Part shown: positions 8,334 through 17,992 of the stretch, in pieces
Numbering within the stretch: the stretch's first letter is position 1
Layout of the letters: each line of letters starts with the position of its first letter
IMG/VR virus record: IMGVR_UViG_3300029807_000001
Span: 1-64,000 of that record
Strand: one strand, 5' to 3'
Source: a virus
Length of the DNA stretch: 64,000 nucleotides
Made by a program: the position numbers and the translations under genes
The notes under the pieces: generated by a model
The model's database searches: none
What the model saw: only the letters and a program-made list of their open reading frames with translations
Told to the model about the DNA's origin: nothing

Positions 8334-9289
8334 TGAACAGGATATTAGTCACGGGAAGTCGCGGCCTTGTAGGTACTAGTTTTATGATAGAAGCCGCAAT
8401 ACCAACTCCAAGTATATTTAATAACTTAACACAAGCACGTCACGAACAATATGATCTAACAGATCCTGTTGATACATGTACGATGTTCCGTGAGGCTATG
8501 CCAGATATAGTCATACATCTAGCTGGCAAGGTTGGAGGAGTAAAGGCTAACACGTCGAAGATGGCAGACTTCTTTACAGAGAACATACTAATCAACACTA
8601 ATGTATTACGTACTGCTCAAAAGTTTGGAGTAAAAAAGTTGATATCTCTTATGAGTACATGTATATTTCCAGACAATGTTAGATGCGGATGGCCTATAGT
8701 AGAGTCGGACCTACACAACGGAGCACCGCACGACTCTAACTACGGGTACGCATACGCTAAGAGAATGTTAGATATACAGAGTCGCGCATACAGACAGCAG
8801 TACGGATGTAACTTCGTCACACTGATCCCCAACAATATTTACGGAGCATGGGATAACTTCCACCTAGAAGACAGTCACGTTATACCAGCACTCATCCGCA
8901 AGATTTATGAAGCTAAGATAGCTGATAGAGACGTTACCCTATGGGGAGATGGAAAAGCATTCAGACAGTTTTCTTATGCCCCAGACATAGCACAGGTGAT
9001 ACTGTGGGCCATTGATAACTACCACGACGCATCGCCGTTAAACATTGGTAACTCTCGTGAGTATACTATTAGACGGGTAGCTGACATGATTGCCAATAAA
9101 CTAGGGTTTGAGGGACGGATACTCTGGGACACTTCCCAGCCGTCTGGACAAGATAGAAAAACTACATCATTTGATAAGCTGGCTCAAACTGGATGTAGTG
9201 TTAAGTGGACCAGTCTAGAAAAAGGATTGGATAATGTTTGCTGGTGGTTTCAAAAGGAGTATCCAGATATAAGAGGGATAAATAAATGA
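8333..9289 (+). CDS. fcl: GDP-L-fucose synthase
   Basis: TGSRGLVG, HLAGKVGG, STCIFP, YAYAKR and SHVIPALIRK are Fcl/WcaG signatures. Confidence 0.85.
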   Translation: MNRILVTGSRGLVGTSFMIEAAIPTPSIFNNLTQARHEQYDLTDPVDTCTMFREAMPDIVIHLAGKVGGVKANTSKMADFFTENILINTNVLRTAQKFGVKKLISLMSTCIFPDNVRCGWPIVESDLHNGAPHDSNYGYAYAKRMLDIQSRAYRQQYGCNFVTLIPNNIYGAWDNFHLEDSHVIPALIRKIYEAKIADRDVTLWGDGKAFRQFSYAPDIAQVILWAIDNYHDASPLNIGNSREYTIRRVADMIANKLGFEGRILWDTSQPSGQDRKTTSFDKLAQTGCSVKWTSLEKGLDNVCWWFQKEYPDIRGINK

Positions 9290-10038
9290 CTACAGCATTA
9301 TTCACTAAGACACACGAAAGAGACTATCGTTGGCTAGAGCTACTGGCAAAAACGGTAGATAAGTTTGCCGTAGGATTCGACAAATGGTATATAGTATTAG
9401 GAAGCGATAACAAACCTAATATTAACTTGAGTAACATAGAAGTAGTATATAGCGTTGAACCTAATCCTGCACACATAAAGGAATCTCCATGTCTATGGAG
9501 TAAGGAAGGTAGTCCAGTAGACGGAGTAGGCTATAATTTTCAGCAAGTAGTGAAGGCACAATGGTATAAATATACTGACGAATCAACCGATGCTGTACTA
9601 CAATTAGACTCTGACTGTGTAATAACAGACATGATATATCCGCATACTGTAGGTATAAACGGTCGTCCCCTATGGATCAAAAGAGACTGGTGTAAGGAAC
9701 TTTACGCAATCTGGGGAGATCCATTAGAACAGTTTTTAGGACACAAATCAAGTCATGAATACATGTTTAATAATGTATTTTTACTAACCCTAGAAGCTAC
9801 TAAAGGGTTCAATGAATTTATTAGTAGCAAACATAGCGTTAGTACAGAAGAATATTTTATGACTCACGTAACCACTGAATATAATTTTTTTGGAGCTTAC
9901 CTAGATAATATTTGTATGCATAACTACTATATGATAGAAAACATACCGATATGGATACCTATTAGTAAGTATTGGTCATGGGGAGATGATAGTTATGTAG
10001 AAGCTAAAGAAAGTGTGGATCAACTATGCCCAAAATAA
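9286..10038 (+). CDS. putative GT-A glycosyltransferase
   Basis: QQVVK..LDSD (DxD) and TEYNFFG. Cluster context. Confidence 0.5.
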   Translation: MTTALFTKTHERDYRWLELLAKTVDKFAVGFDKWYIVLGSDNKPNINLSNIEVVYSVEPNPAHIKESPCLWSKEGSPVDGVGYNFQQVVKAQWYKYTDESTDAVLQLDSDCVITDMIYPHTVGINGRPLWIKRDWCKELYAIWGDPLEQFLGHKSSHEYMFNNVFLLTLEATKGFNEFISSKHSVSTEEYFMTHVTTEYNFFGAYLDNICMHNYYMIENIPIWIPISKYWSWGDDSYVEAKESVDQLCPK

Positions 10039-10739
10039 TAACATCCATATCTCCGAACAACATTAAAAACCAGCGAGTCGCCATAAATACGTGGCAAAGG
10101 CTAGGGTTCGATGTCTATTCTATGAATACTCCGAAAGAAATGCCTAATCTCAAGCGATGCTTTCGTGACGTGACCTTTATTCAGGCAAAAGAGACAGCAG
10201 CGGACCTATATTTCTATGACATACCCTATCCAACCATCTCAGAGATGATTGAGTTTGCATTCAATCAGGATGAACCTACCTGGATAATTAATTCCGACAT
10301 ACATCTTAGAGCAGTCGATGCACAGATAGAAAGCATTCAGAACAAAGCTAAAGAGAGCATGGTGTTCGGCAGGAGAACAGACATAGTAGATATAGCTGAT
10401 GCGGGTAACGTATACAATGACGGGTTCGACTGGTTCGTACTGTATAAAGACTTCGACCATCTATTCACGTCTACATATAAGTTCTGTATTGGTCAACCAT
10501 TCTGGGACTACTGGTTGCCTATCACCTTTATTAGAAAAGGAATCCCTCCTTTCCTATGTATTAACGAGATAGCATACCATATCAAGCATGAGGCCAACTG
10601 GAATTCGGATCAGCTTAAATTTTTCGGTAGCATGTTAGCCAGTGAAACCAACATTAAGATACGATCCCACCAAATCAATCTACTAACTTACATCTGCAAT
10701 ACAACAATATACGAAGGAGTGAAGCAATGGGAAACTTAA
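10026..10739 (+). CDS. putative GT-A glycosyltransferase-like protein
   Basis: INSDI, GFDWF and IGQPFWDYW. Cluster context. Confidence 0.5.
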   Translation: MPKIITSISPNNIKNQRVAINTWQRLGFDVYSMNTPKEMPNLKRCFRDVTFIQAKETAADLYFYDIPYPTISEMIEFAFNQDEPTWIINSDIHLRAVDAQIESIQNKAKESMVFGRRTDIVDIADAGNVYNDGFDWFVLYKDFDHLFTSTYKFCIGQPFWDYWLPITFIRKGIPPFLCINEIAYHIKHEANWNSDQLKFFGSMLASETNIKIRSHQINLLTYICNTTIYEGVKQWET

Positions 10740-11824
10740 ATCTTTATGCACCAGTAGGTAAGACTGGATATGGAGTAGCAGGATACAATATACTTAACGC
10801 TCTCAAGGAGCGGGACTGGGATGTGTCTCTGTTTATGCACGGAAATAATGTTGAACGAAACGATCCTAAAGAACTGTCGGTCATCAAAGAAGCTCTGGAG
10901 CAAGCAGTACTGTTTGATAACGATGCTCCATGCCTAAACATCTGGCATCAGTTTGATCTATCTCACCGTATAGGTCAGGGTAAGTATGTAGCATTCCCCT
11001 TCTTTGAATTAGACACTTTTAATGAGAGGGAGAAGCATCACTTAGGATGTCCTGATAAACTATGCGGAACTAGCGAGTGGGCAGTAAAGGTACTAGAGTC
11101 TCAAGTGCCTAATAGAGGAGACGTGTATACTGTTCCTCTAGGTATAGACACTAGTATATTTAACCCTAACTATAGTCGGAAGGAAAATGAGAACACCGTG
11201 TTCTTAAACTGCGGAAAATGGGAGATCAGGAAGGGGCATGATTTTTTAATCAATCTATTCCACGAGGCGTTCACCGTAGATGACAAGGTAGAACTATGGA
11301 TGCTCCCCCACAATCCTTTCCTAACGATGGAGGACATAGCTGGATGGGAGAATATGTATCTGGACACTCCAATGGGTCGCGCGGGTAAGGTGAAGATATT
11401 CGGTTGGCAGAAGGATCATAGTGATGTTGCTAATGTAATGGCTGGTGCTGACTGTGGTATATTCCCTAGTAGAGCCGAAGGATGGAACTTAGAACTACTT
11501 GAGATGATGGCTATGGGTAAACAGATCATAGCTACTAACTATAGTGCTCATACAGAGTTTTGTAATACAGATAATAGTATGCTAGTAGATATAGACGGTC
11601 TGGAACTAGCCTTCGACGGTAAGTGGTTCTTTGAACAGGGGAATTGGGCCGAGATCGAGGACGCTCAACTGGAAAAGATAGTAGAATACTTGCAAATTGT
11701 GCATGAAAAGTGTCAACGTCCTGGATTATTCGTCAACGATCCTGGTATTGAGACGGGACGAGAATATACTTGGGATAATACTGCGAAAAAATTGGAGATT
11801 GTGCTTGACATTTCCCAGAATTAG
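10727..11824 (+). CDS. GT4 family glycosyltransferase
   Basis: RKGHD and PSRAEGWNLELLEMMAMG (E-x7-E). Confidence 0.85.
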   Translation: MGNLNLYAPVGKTGYGVAGYNILNALKERDWDVSLFMHGNNVERNDPKELSVIKEALEQAVLFDNDAPCLNIWHQFDLSHRIGQGKYVAFPFFELDTFNEREKHHLGCPDKLCGTSEWAVKVLESQVPNRGDVYTVPLGIDTSIFNPNYSRKENENTVFLNCGKWEIRKGHDFLINLFHEAFTVDDKVELWMLPHNPFLTMEDIAGWENMYLDTPMGRAGKVKIFGWQKDHSDVANVMAGADCGIFPSRAEGWNLELLEMMAMGKQIIATNYSAHTEFCNTDNSMLVDIDGLELAFDGKWFFEQGNWAEIEDAQLEKIVEYLQIVHEKCQRPGLFVNDPGIETGREYTWDNTAKKLEIVLDISQN

Positions 11825-11832
11825 ACTATAAT
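11805..11832 (+). promoter_or_regulatory. sigma70-type promoter upstream of the ligase
   Basis: TTGACA-16 nt-TATAAT. The spacer shares CAGAATTAG with the promoter at 3028. Confidence 0.7.
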
Positions 11833-11865
11833 AAGAGTGTAACATCACATAATTGGAGACTTGAA

Positions 11866-13002
11866 ATGACGACTTGGCCGACGCTTTACAAAATGGACAG
11901 CACTGGGAAAATCCGAGAGTGGACAATCTCTACTAGAGATACTTTCGTCTCAGGTACAAGTATACAGGGCGTTTGTGAATACTCACAGACTCATGGAGTT
12001 CGCGGAGGTAAATTGCAGACTGTTAGAACTTTGATTGACAAGGGCAAAAACATTGGCAAGGCTAATGAGACAACCCCGATGGAACAGTGTGACCTGGAGG
12101 CTCAGTCTCACTGGATGAAACAGAGAGACCGCAAGGGCTATACCGAAGCGATCCCCACGTCAAAGCCGAAGCTGCCGATGCTTGCTAAATCATACTCCAA
12201 ACAGGGACACAGAATTGTTTGGCCTGCTATGACTCAGCCTAAGTTGGACGGTATCCGTTGTATGGCAGAGATTAAAGACGGTCTAGTTACTCTCAAGTCC
12301 CGAACCAATAACGAGTTCTTAGCTCTGGGGCATATATCGTTAGCTCTACAACAGACAGTCAATCAACTATCAGACAAGAATATCACCTTAGACGGAGAAC
12401 TATACAACCACGATTACAAGAGTGACTTCCAGTCCCTAGTTTCCGCAATCAAAAGAGACGATCCTAGCGTTGACAGTCACCTAGTACAGTACCATGTGTA
12501 TGACGTGTTTACTAAAGAGGACTTCGGGAATCGTTACAGTTTCTTGCAGACTCATTTGGTAGAGAACAAGTCGGTGAAACTTGTGCCAACGTACAGCGTC
12601 AACAACTTTGAAGAGTTCAAGCTGCGCTACGGTAAGTTCTTAACGGACGGATACGAGGGTGGCATGTTACGAAACGAACTTGGGCCTTACGACCAGAACA
12701 GACGCTCTCCCAATCTCCAGAAGTACAAGGAGTTTATGGACGACGAATTTAAGATCGTTGGAGCCTACGAGAACAAAGGGAAGCAGGCTGGCCAGTGTAC
12801 TTTTTCCTGTATTACAAAAGACGGCCAGGAATTTGGAGTTAAGCCTAAAGGTTCGGACGAGAAACGCCGAAGATACTGGAAGGACTACCAAACTGGCATA
12901 TTGACTGGCAAGATGATGACCGTCAAATTTTTCGAGTGGACCACGAGCGACAAGCCTGTGCCACGATTCCCAGTGGGTATTATAATCCGCGACTACGAAT
13001 AA
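11866..13002 (+). CDS. ATP-dependent DNA ligase
   Basis: QPKLDGIR (adenylated Lys), LDGELY, EGGM, KYK and C-terminal PRFPV. Confidence 0.9.
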   Translation: MTTWPTLYKMDSTGKIREWTISTRDTFVSGTSIQGVCEYSQTHGVRGGKLQTVRTLIDKGKNIGKANETTPMEQCDLEAQSHWMKQRDRKGYTEAIPTSKPKLPMLAKSYSKQGHRIVWPAMTQPKLDGIRCMAEIKDGLVTLKSRTNNEFLALGHISLALQQTVNQLSDKNITLDGELYNHDYKSDFQSLVSAIKRDDPSVDSHLVQYHVYDVFTKEDFGNRYSFLQTHLVENKSVKLVPTYSVNNFEEFKLRYGKFLTDGYEGGMLRNELGPYDQNRRSPNLQKYKEFMDDEFKIVGAYENKGKQAGQCTFSCITKDGQEFGVKPKGSDEKRRRYWKDYQTGILTGKMMTVKFFEWTTSDKPVPRFPVGIIIRDYE

Positions 13003-13013
13003 TAGGAGATAAG

Positions 13014-13268
13014 ATGTTAGCCTTGTTTTTAATAATTGGATGGTTTGCTAGTGGACTAATTGTTATGCTGTCACTATGTCTATTATTACACCTTGAAGGA
13101 GCTGATTTTTCTAGTATGGGCATAGAGGAATATGTAATGATGGGTATGACTTTTTGGTTAGGGTATATCTCTGTAGTAATAGCACTATTTATATGTCTGA
13201 TATACTTTACTGGCTTAGGTGTTATGAAATTATGTGAGTCAATTTCCGATAGATATGATAGGAGCTAA
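13014..13268 (+). CDS. small membrane protein
   Basis: Two hydrophobic helices and an AGGAG RBS. Paralog-like to the next gene (GWFxSG; FWxGYxS). Confidence 0.6.
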   Translation: MLALFLIIGWFASGLIVMLSLCLLLHLEGADFSSMGIEEYVMMGMTFWLGYISVVIALFICLIYFTGLGVMKLCESISDRYDRS

Positions 13269-13269
13269 G

Positions 13270-13512
13270 ATGTTACTATATATACTCCTGTTTGTAGTAG
13301 GTTGGTTTGTCAGTGGTGCGATAGCAGCACTTCTTGGGTATATTGATATGGAGATCAAGTCAGAAGATTGCACTGCGGATGAAGCTAATACTATATCTCT
13401 TTTGTTCTGGTGTGGTTATTTATCACTCATAGTCTTTGGGACCGTCTTTACTTTTCAACGTTCGGGATGGTTCGTCGTGGATGTAATCGGACGAATCTTC
13501 AAGAGGAAATAA
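13270..13512 (+). CDS. small membrane protein
   Basis: Two TM helices and an AGGAG RBS. GWFVSG and FWCGYLS match the preceding gene. Confidence 0.6.
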   Translation: MLLYILLFVVGWFVSGAIAALLGYIDMEIKSEDCTADEANTISLLFWCGYLSLIVFGTVFTFQRSGWFVVDVIGRIFKRK

Positions 13513-13513
13513 C

Positions 13514-14008
13514 ATGACTCTAGAGAAAAAGAAAACCGCGAGTGGTGCAAAAGCAAGACAACGACCCGACACGGAGGATCGTAGTCTAGTATACCGAGAC
13601 TGGAGACGTGAGGTAGTAGGCAAGGGTAAGGGTCGTTCAACATGTTACACCAGTGACATAGATCAAATAGAGTATGTCATAGTCAACAACCAAGTCGTCC
13701 CAACTGTCCTACTAGAACTAACACGGTACGACTTCGACGAATACGATGGTCCGTCACAGAATTGGGAGAAGTATCTAGCAGCGATTCTAGACAGATACTT
13801 TTTACGTGATGCACAAGGTATATTTGTCAAGGCAGTCTCCCAGAAGATGGACATACCAGCGTTCATAGTGTTGTTCAGAAACGATATGGAGTCGTTCTGG
13901 TTGTTTGATGTTAATGATAAAGATGCGTTATGGGTTCATAAGAGTCCCGACGAATACAAAGAGTGGTTATGTGAATTCAAAACAAAAGCTAAAGGAGAAC
14001 AGGAATGA
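13514..14008 (+). CDS. hypothetical protein, possible PD-(D/E)XK-like fold
   Basis: SDIDQIEY...LLELT pattern. Confidence 0.4.
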   Translation: MTLEKKKTASGAKARQRPDTEDRSLVYRDWRREVVGKGKGRSTCYTSDIDQIEYVIVNNQVVPTVLLELTRYDFDEYDGPSQNWEKYLAAILDRYFLRDAQGIFVKAVSQKMDIPAFIVLFRNDMESFWLFDVNDKDALWVHKSPDEYKEWLCEFKTKAKGEQE

Positions 14009-15093
14009 GTAGTGTATTAGTACTAGGCAGAGGCGGGATGGGGAGACCTATTGCTGACGCGATGCTTCAATTGGGACATAGAGTAACCACATTCGATAGT
14101 CAGGTCTCAGACTCAGACTATGAAAGCGATGCTGTTGTTTGGTGTGGGGATATAAACAATGAGACTTACACTAGATGTTTAGCAATCGTACAACCAGACA
14201 TAGTTATCTCTGCACTACCATACTTTCTTAATATACGGGCAGCAACAGAGTGCGTATTAAGAAGCATCCCCTACTGTGATCTAGGAGGCTGTGTTGATGT
14301 ATCCGCACGTATCAATGAAATGGCAAGCGAAAAAGGTTCTTACGTATTCACCGATCTAGGACTGGCTCCAGGACTAGTAAACATCTTGGCGGCACACGAG
14401 CACAATCACGCTACGTTTACCGTAGATTCGATAAATATGTACTGCGGAGGGATTCCGAAAGATGCAGACAAATGGCCTTTCGGATACGTACAAACATGGT
14501 CTGGTGACGGTCTATACAATGAGTATAAAGACGACTGTAATATTCTAAAAGACGGAGAGATCGTTACCGTTCCTGCTATGTCAGGATATCAGCTTAGTGG
14601 TGATCCAGAGTGGATGGATCTAGAAGCCTTTTATACTAGCGGAGCAGCGTCTCACTCTCTAAAATACTTCCAAGCACTAGGAGTGTCTAACTGTGCGTAC
14701 CGCACTATAAGATGGGCTGGACACGTAGATCAAATCAAGCCTCTGTTAGACACGTTAACTAAAAAAGAGTTTACGAACCTAATCAATGCGGCATGTAAAG
14801 CAGAAGATAATAAACAAGACATAGTATTCTGCGGAATTAACATGGCTAACAAAGGCAACAGTACATCAATCACGTCAAGCAGAAGCGTAAGCATTGAAGG
14901 ATGCCCTGACGGAAAACTATCAGCTATGCAACGAGCAACTGCTCTACCCTGTGCTGCTGCGGCACACTGGATTCTCAGTAAGGTGATATTTGACAAACAG
15001 TATTCTTCTGGTAAGCGTCCTCTAAGATATCATCACGTAGACTACATCAAATTTTCGAGTACTTTAACATCATTGGGGATCAATCTTGACTAG
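14005..15093 (+). CDS. saccharopine dehydrogenase-family NAD(P)-dependent oxidoreductase
   Basis: GRGGMG Rossmann motif, SALPY, YCDLGG, GLAPGL, CGGIP, EAFYTSG, YRTIRW and SAMQRATA. Confidence 0.8.
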   Translation: MSSVLVLGRGGMGRPIADAMLQLGHRVTTFDSQVSDSDYESDAVVWCGDINNETYTRCLAIVQPDIVISALPYFLNIRAATECVLRSIPYCDLGGCVDVSARINEMASEKGSYVFTDLGLAPGLVNILAAHEHNHATFTVDSINMYCGGIPKDADKWPFGYVQTWSGDGLYNEYKDDCNILKDGEIVTVPAMSGYQLSGDPEWMDLEAFYTSGAASHSLKYFQALGVSNCAYRTIRWAGHVDQIKPLLDTLTKKEFTNLINAACKAEDNKQDIVFCGINMANKGNSTSITSSRSVSIEGCPDGKLSAMQRATALPCAAAAHWILSKVIFDKQYSSGKRPLRYHHVDYIKFSSTLTSLGINLD

Positions 15094-15718
15094 TAACATT
15101 GACATTGTAAACGTTGGAAATAAAACTAAAGCATTACATGAGTACGACAACAAGGATTTCGGTACTCTGGATGAATATCTAGAGATAGCTCGTAGGACTA
15201 TCGTATCATACGCTGGAGAGATTAGACTTGGTTTGGCAGACGAAATGCTAAAGAACGAGGATGCCGTAGCTAATGTAGCACACGCTGTTATGATGGCTGA
15301 CTGGCACTTCGACGGGAGGGGAGATAAGTTCGGCTTTAGGAAGCAACGAATCAAGTGGGCGATTCGGAATTACATTACCCGAAAAACCCATAGGCAGTAC
15401 ACCACAACTATAGACGGCGGTGGTCATTGTGCCATGTCATTGAAGGACACCGAGGCTAACATGCCAGACGTGAATATTAACCGCGAGGAGATGGCAACGT
15501 CTCTACATAAGCTATTGGACAGTGGTTCAATATCAAAGCAAGCGGCTAGTTATCTCAGACAGTACTACCTAGAAGGCTCGTGTTTGCAGCAAATTGCCGA
15601 CAGAAGAGGTGTGACCAAACAAGGAGTACAGCAACTAATCACCTCATCCTTACGAGTCTTAAAAGAAACTATCACTAATGACCACTATTTTCGGGGTATA
15701 ATAGACTATAATGAATAA
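15086..15718 (+). CDS. sigma70-family RNA polymerase sigma factor-like protein
   Basis: Region 2-like RIKWAIRNY and region 4 HTH LQQIADRRGVTKQGVQQ. Confidence 0.65.
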   Translation: MTSNIDIVNVGNKTKALHEYDNKDFGTLDEYLEIARRTIVSYAGEIRLGLADEMLKNEDAVANVAHAVMMADWHFDGRGDKFGFRKQRIKWAIRNYITRKTHRQYTTTIDGGGHCAMSLKDTEANMPDVNINREEMATSLHKLLDSGSISKQAASYLRQYYLEGSCLQQIADRRGVTKQGVQQLITSSLRVLKETITNDHYFRGIIDYNE

Positions 15719-16064
15719 GATTTCACTAGTAGTGCTGACCATAGACTGGTCCAACACAAAGTTTTACATGCTCTGTCCCAAAACTGGGTGGGCTACTTTT
15801 ACGGAGGACTGTGAAGCACAAATTCCAATGATACTAGCTCAGAAACTACTGGCAAAACACACTAACGTCTCTGCGGAATGGGCTGATATTAAACTTAGTA
15901 ATGCAGTGCGAGGGACAGATGGGTTAGTATTAATTTATACCTGTGTAGTTCCGCATGTTACTACTGCCATACATCCTGATTACAAGTGGCAAGAGGTTAG
16001 TGAGATGCCAGAAGACGTAGACGAACATTCTACCGTGATTAAAGCTATAGGAGGAATACATTAA
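15711..16064 (+). CDS. hypothetical protein
   Basis: Tiled ORF with overlapping start and stop. Confidence 0.6.
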   Translation: MNKISLVVLTIDWSNTKFYMLCPKTGWATFTEDCEAQIPMILAQKLLAKHTNVSAEWADIKLSNAVRGTDGLVLIYTCVVPHVTTAIHPDYKWQEVSEMPEDVDEHSTVIKAIGGIH

Positions 16065-16576
16065 TGGCATGGTTAGATAGACTATTCGGAGTTGATAAAC
16101 TATCCGATGAAGATATAATAGCAAGGCAAGAACAAGTCCAGATTCTCACTCAAGAACAAGTTCTAGGTGAAGACTTCGACTTTAACGCAGAACTAACGGA
16201 AGACGATCAGAAACTATTAGAATCTTTAGAGGCCAATCAACAGGTAACACAGTCTAGAGAAAATAATATTATGGCAGTAGTAGACTTTAGTGTAACTAAA
16301 GATGGTCAATTAGACATGGAGATTAGATGGGATGAAGAATCAGATTATACTGCTGATTCGTTAGGTAGACTACTATATCATATAACATCTGGTACGTTTA
16401 CCGAAGGTCTCTCTACGATACTGTTAAACATACGTGAGAAAAATCCAAAGGCTACGCCCTTTATTGAGAGGTGCTTTAAGTCATGGAGGTCTCATAAGGA
16501 CGATGAAACAATGGTTAAACCTTCTACCGTATTTAAGATGGGTCAACAATTTAGCAAAGGATCAAAACCACAGTGA
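16064..16576 (+). CDS. hypothetical protein
   Basis: GGAGGA RBS and TAATG coupling. Confidence 0.65.
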   Translation: MAWLDRLFGVDKLSDEDIIARQEQVQILTQEQVLGEDFDFNAELTEDDQKLLESLEANQQVTQSRENNIMAVVDFSVTKDGQLDMEIRWDEESDYTADSLGRLLYHITSGTFTEGLSTILLNIREKNPKATPFIERCFKSWRSHKDDETMVKPSTVFKMGQQFSKGSKPQ

Positions 16577-17529
16577 AAAAATACCTCGATATAGTCAAGC
16601 ACGTTCTAGACAATGGAAAAGTTAAAAAGCCAGTACGCAGAAACGCGGATGGTAAGTGGGAACCAGTGGATGGTGGAGTCTCTACTCTCGCTTGCCCCAA
16701 CGTGTGCTTTAGTCACGATATGTCTGAGGGGTTTCCTTTACTAACCTCAAAGAAGATGGCCTGGAAGGCTATTAGGGTAGAGCTTGAGGGATTCATTCGG
16801 GGAGTTACTTCTAAGACGTGGTTTCAGGATCGGGGTTGTAAGATATGGGACGAGTGGGGTAATCCGAAGAAGGTTAGAGAACTTCTAATAGCAGAAGCGG
16901 AAAAGCATCCAGGTATGTCTCCAGACGATCCAGCAAATGTTAAGATAGCACAACAAGATGAATATGACCTCGGACCTATCTATGGCTATCAATGGCGTAG
17001 ATTCAATCAGGCATACGACGAAGACGACAACGGCTGGACAGACGCTCGCGTATTAGAAGATGCGGATCAACTAAAACGCATCGTAGAGACACTACGGACT
17101 AATCCTATGGATAGACGCATGGTATGTTCCGCATGGAATCCTCTGCATGTAACGAGGATGGCCCTGCCTCCCTGTCACTACTCGTGGAACGTAACAGTCA
17201 TAGGTGACGAACTTAACCTGTTCTGGGCGCAGAGATCATGCGACCTTATGCTTGGAGTTCCGTTTAACATAGCTTCCTATGCACTACTACTAGAGCTACT
17301 GGCTCACGACTCTGGTTTCAAGCCTGGGAACCTGTCAGGTATGCTAGTGGACTGTCATATATATGAGAACCAGCTTGAAGCAGCCGCACAGCAGATAACA
17401 AGAGAGCCTAATGAATTACCTACGTTGAAGTTTGACCATAACGATATCTTTAATTGGCGATACCAAGACGCACACATCCTTGATTACAATCCACTACCTA
17501 AAATAGATTTCGGAGCACCTATTGTTTAA
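16573..17529 (+). CDS. thyA: thymidylate synthase
   Basis: GPIYGYQWR, ALPPCH, QRSCD..LGVPFNIASY and DCHIYENQ. The dUMP-specifying Asn is retained. Confidence 0.95.
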   Translation: MKKYLDIVKHVLDNGKVKKPVRRNADGKWEPVDGGVSTLACPNVCFSHDMSEGFPLLTSKKMAWKAIRVELEGFIRGVTSKTWFQDRGCKIWDEWGNPKKVRELLIAEAEKHPGMSPDDPANVKIAQQDEYDLGPIYGYQWRRFNQAYDEDDNGWTDARVLEDADQLKRIVETLRTNPMDRRMVCSAWNPLHVTRMALPPCHYSWNVTVIGDELNLFWAQRSCDLMLGVPFNIASYALLLELLAHDSGFKPGNLSGMLVDCHIYENQLEAAAQQITREPNELPTLKFDHNDIFNWRYQDAHILDYNPLPKIDFGAPIV

Positions 17530-17992
17530 CAAAATAGTAAAGCCCGTTAAGCGGCAGATAGCCTGGGAAAAATGGAGAGATCCATTTGGATCAGACATAG
17601 AAGCACATGAGCTTCCTAATAGAACCCCAATAGAAGAAGATGACATAGATGATTTAATAGCAGAGAACGAACACGGCGAAGACATTGATGATCTATTAGA
17701 TACTGAGAAAGAGGTTAAGATCGCGGTGATGACAACCTCGATGGGCATGATCCCCATGATGGAACACACTAGGGCTGGTGCTCTGTTTAACTTCTGGACT
17801 GCACACACCAACTTCCGCATGACTAAAACTCTCTTTGATATCATAGAAGATACTCACGGAGTAGAGTCTCTAGATGTAATGACCAGCTATAGGTGGCGCA
17901 TAGCAATAGGTAAAGCCTTCAAGAGCCATGTGGTCAAGCAGGCTCTGACACAAAACCTAAGTGCAACGCCTTTAGTTATAGAGGAGTCGTAA
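17522..17992 (+). CDS. hypothetical protein
   Basis: Tiled ORF. Confidence 0.6.
   Translation: MFNKIVKPVKRQIAWEKWRDPFGSDIEAHELPNRTPIEEDDIDDLIAENEHGEDIDDLLDTEKEVKIAVMTTSMGMIPMMEHTRAGALFNFWTAHTNFRMTKTLFDIIEDTHGVESLDVMTSYRWRIAIGKAFKSHVVKQALTQNLSATPLVIEES

Noticed and set aside
16573-17529. ThyA as a base-modifying hydroxymethylase
   Set aside because: All canonical thymidylate synthase motifs, including the dUMP-selective Asn in PFNIASY, are intact.
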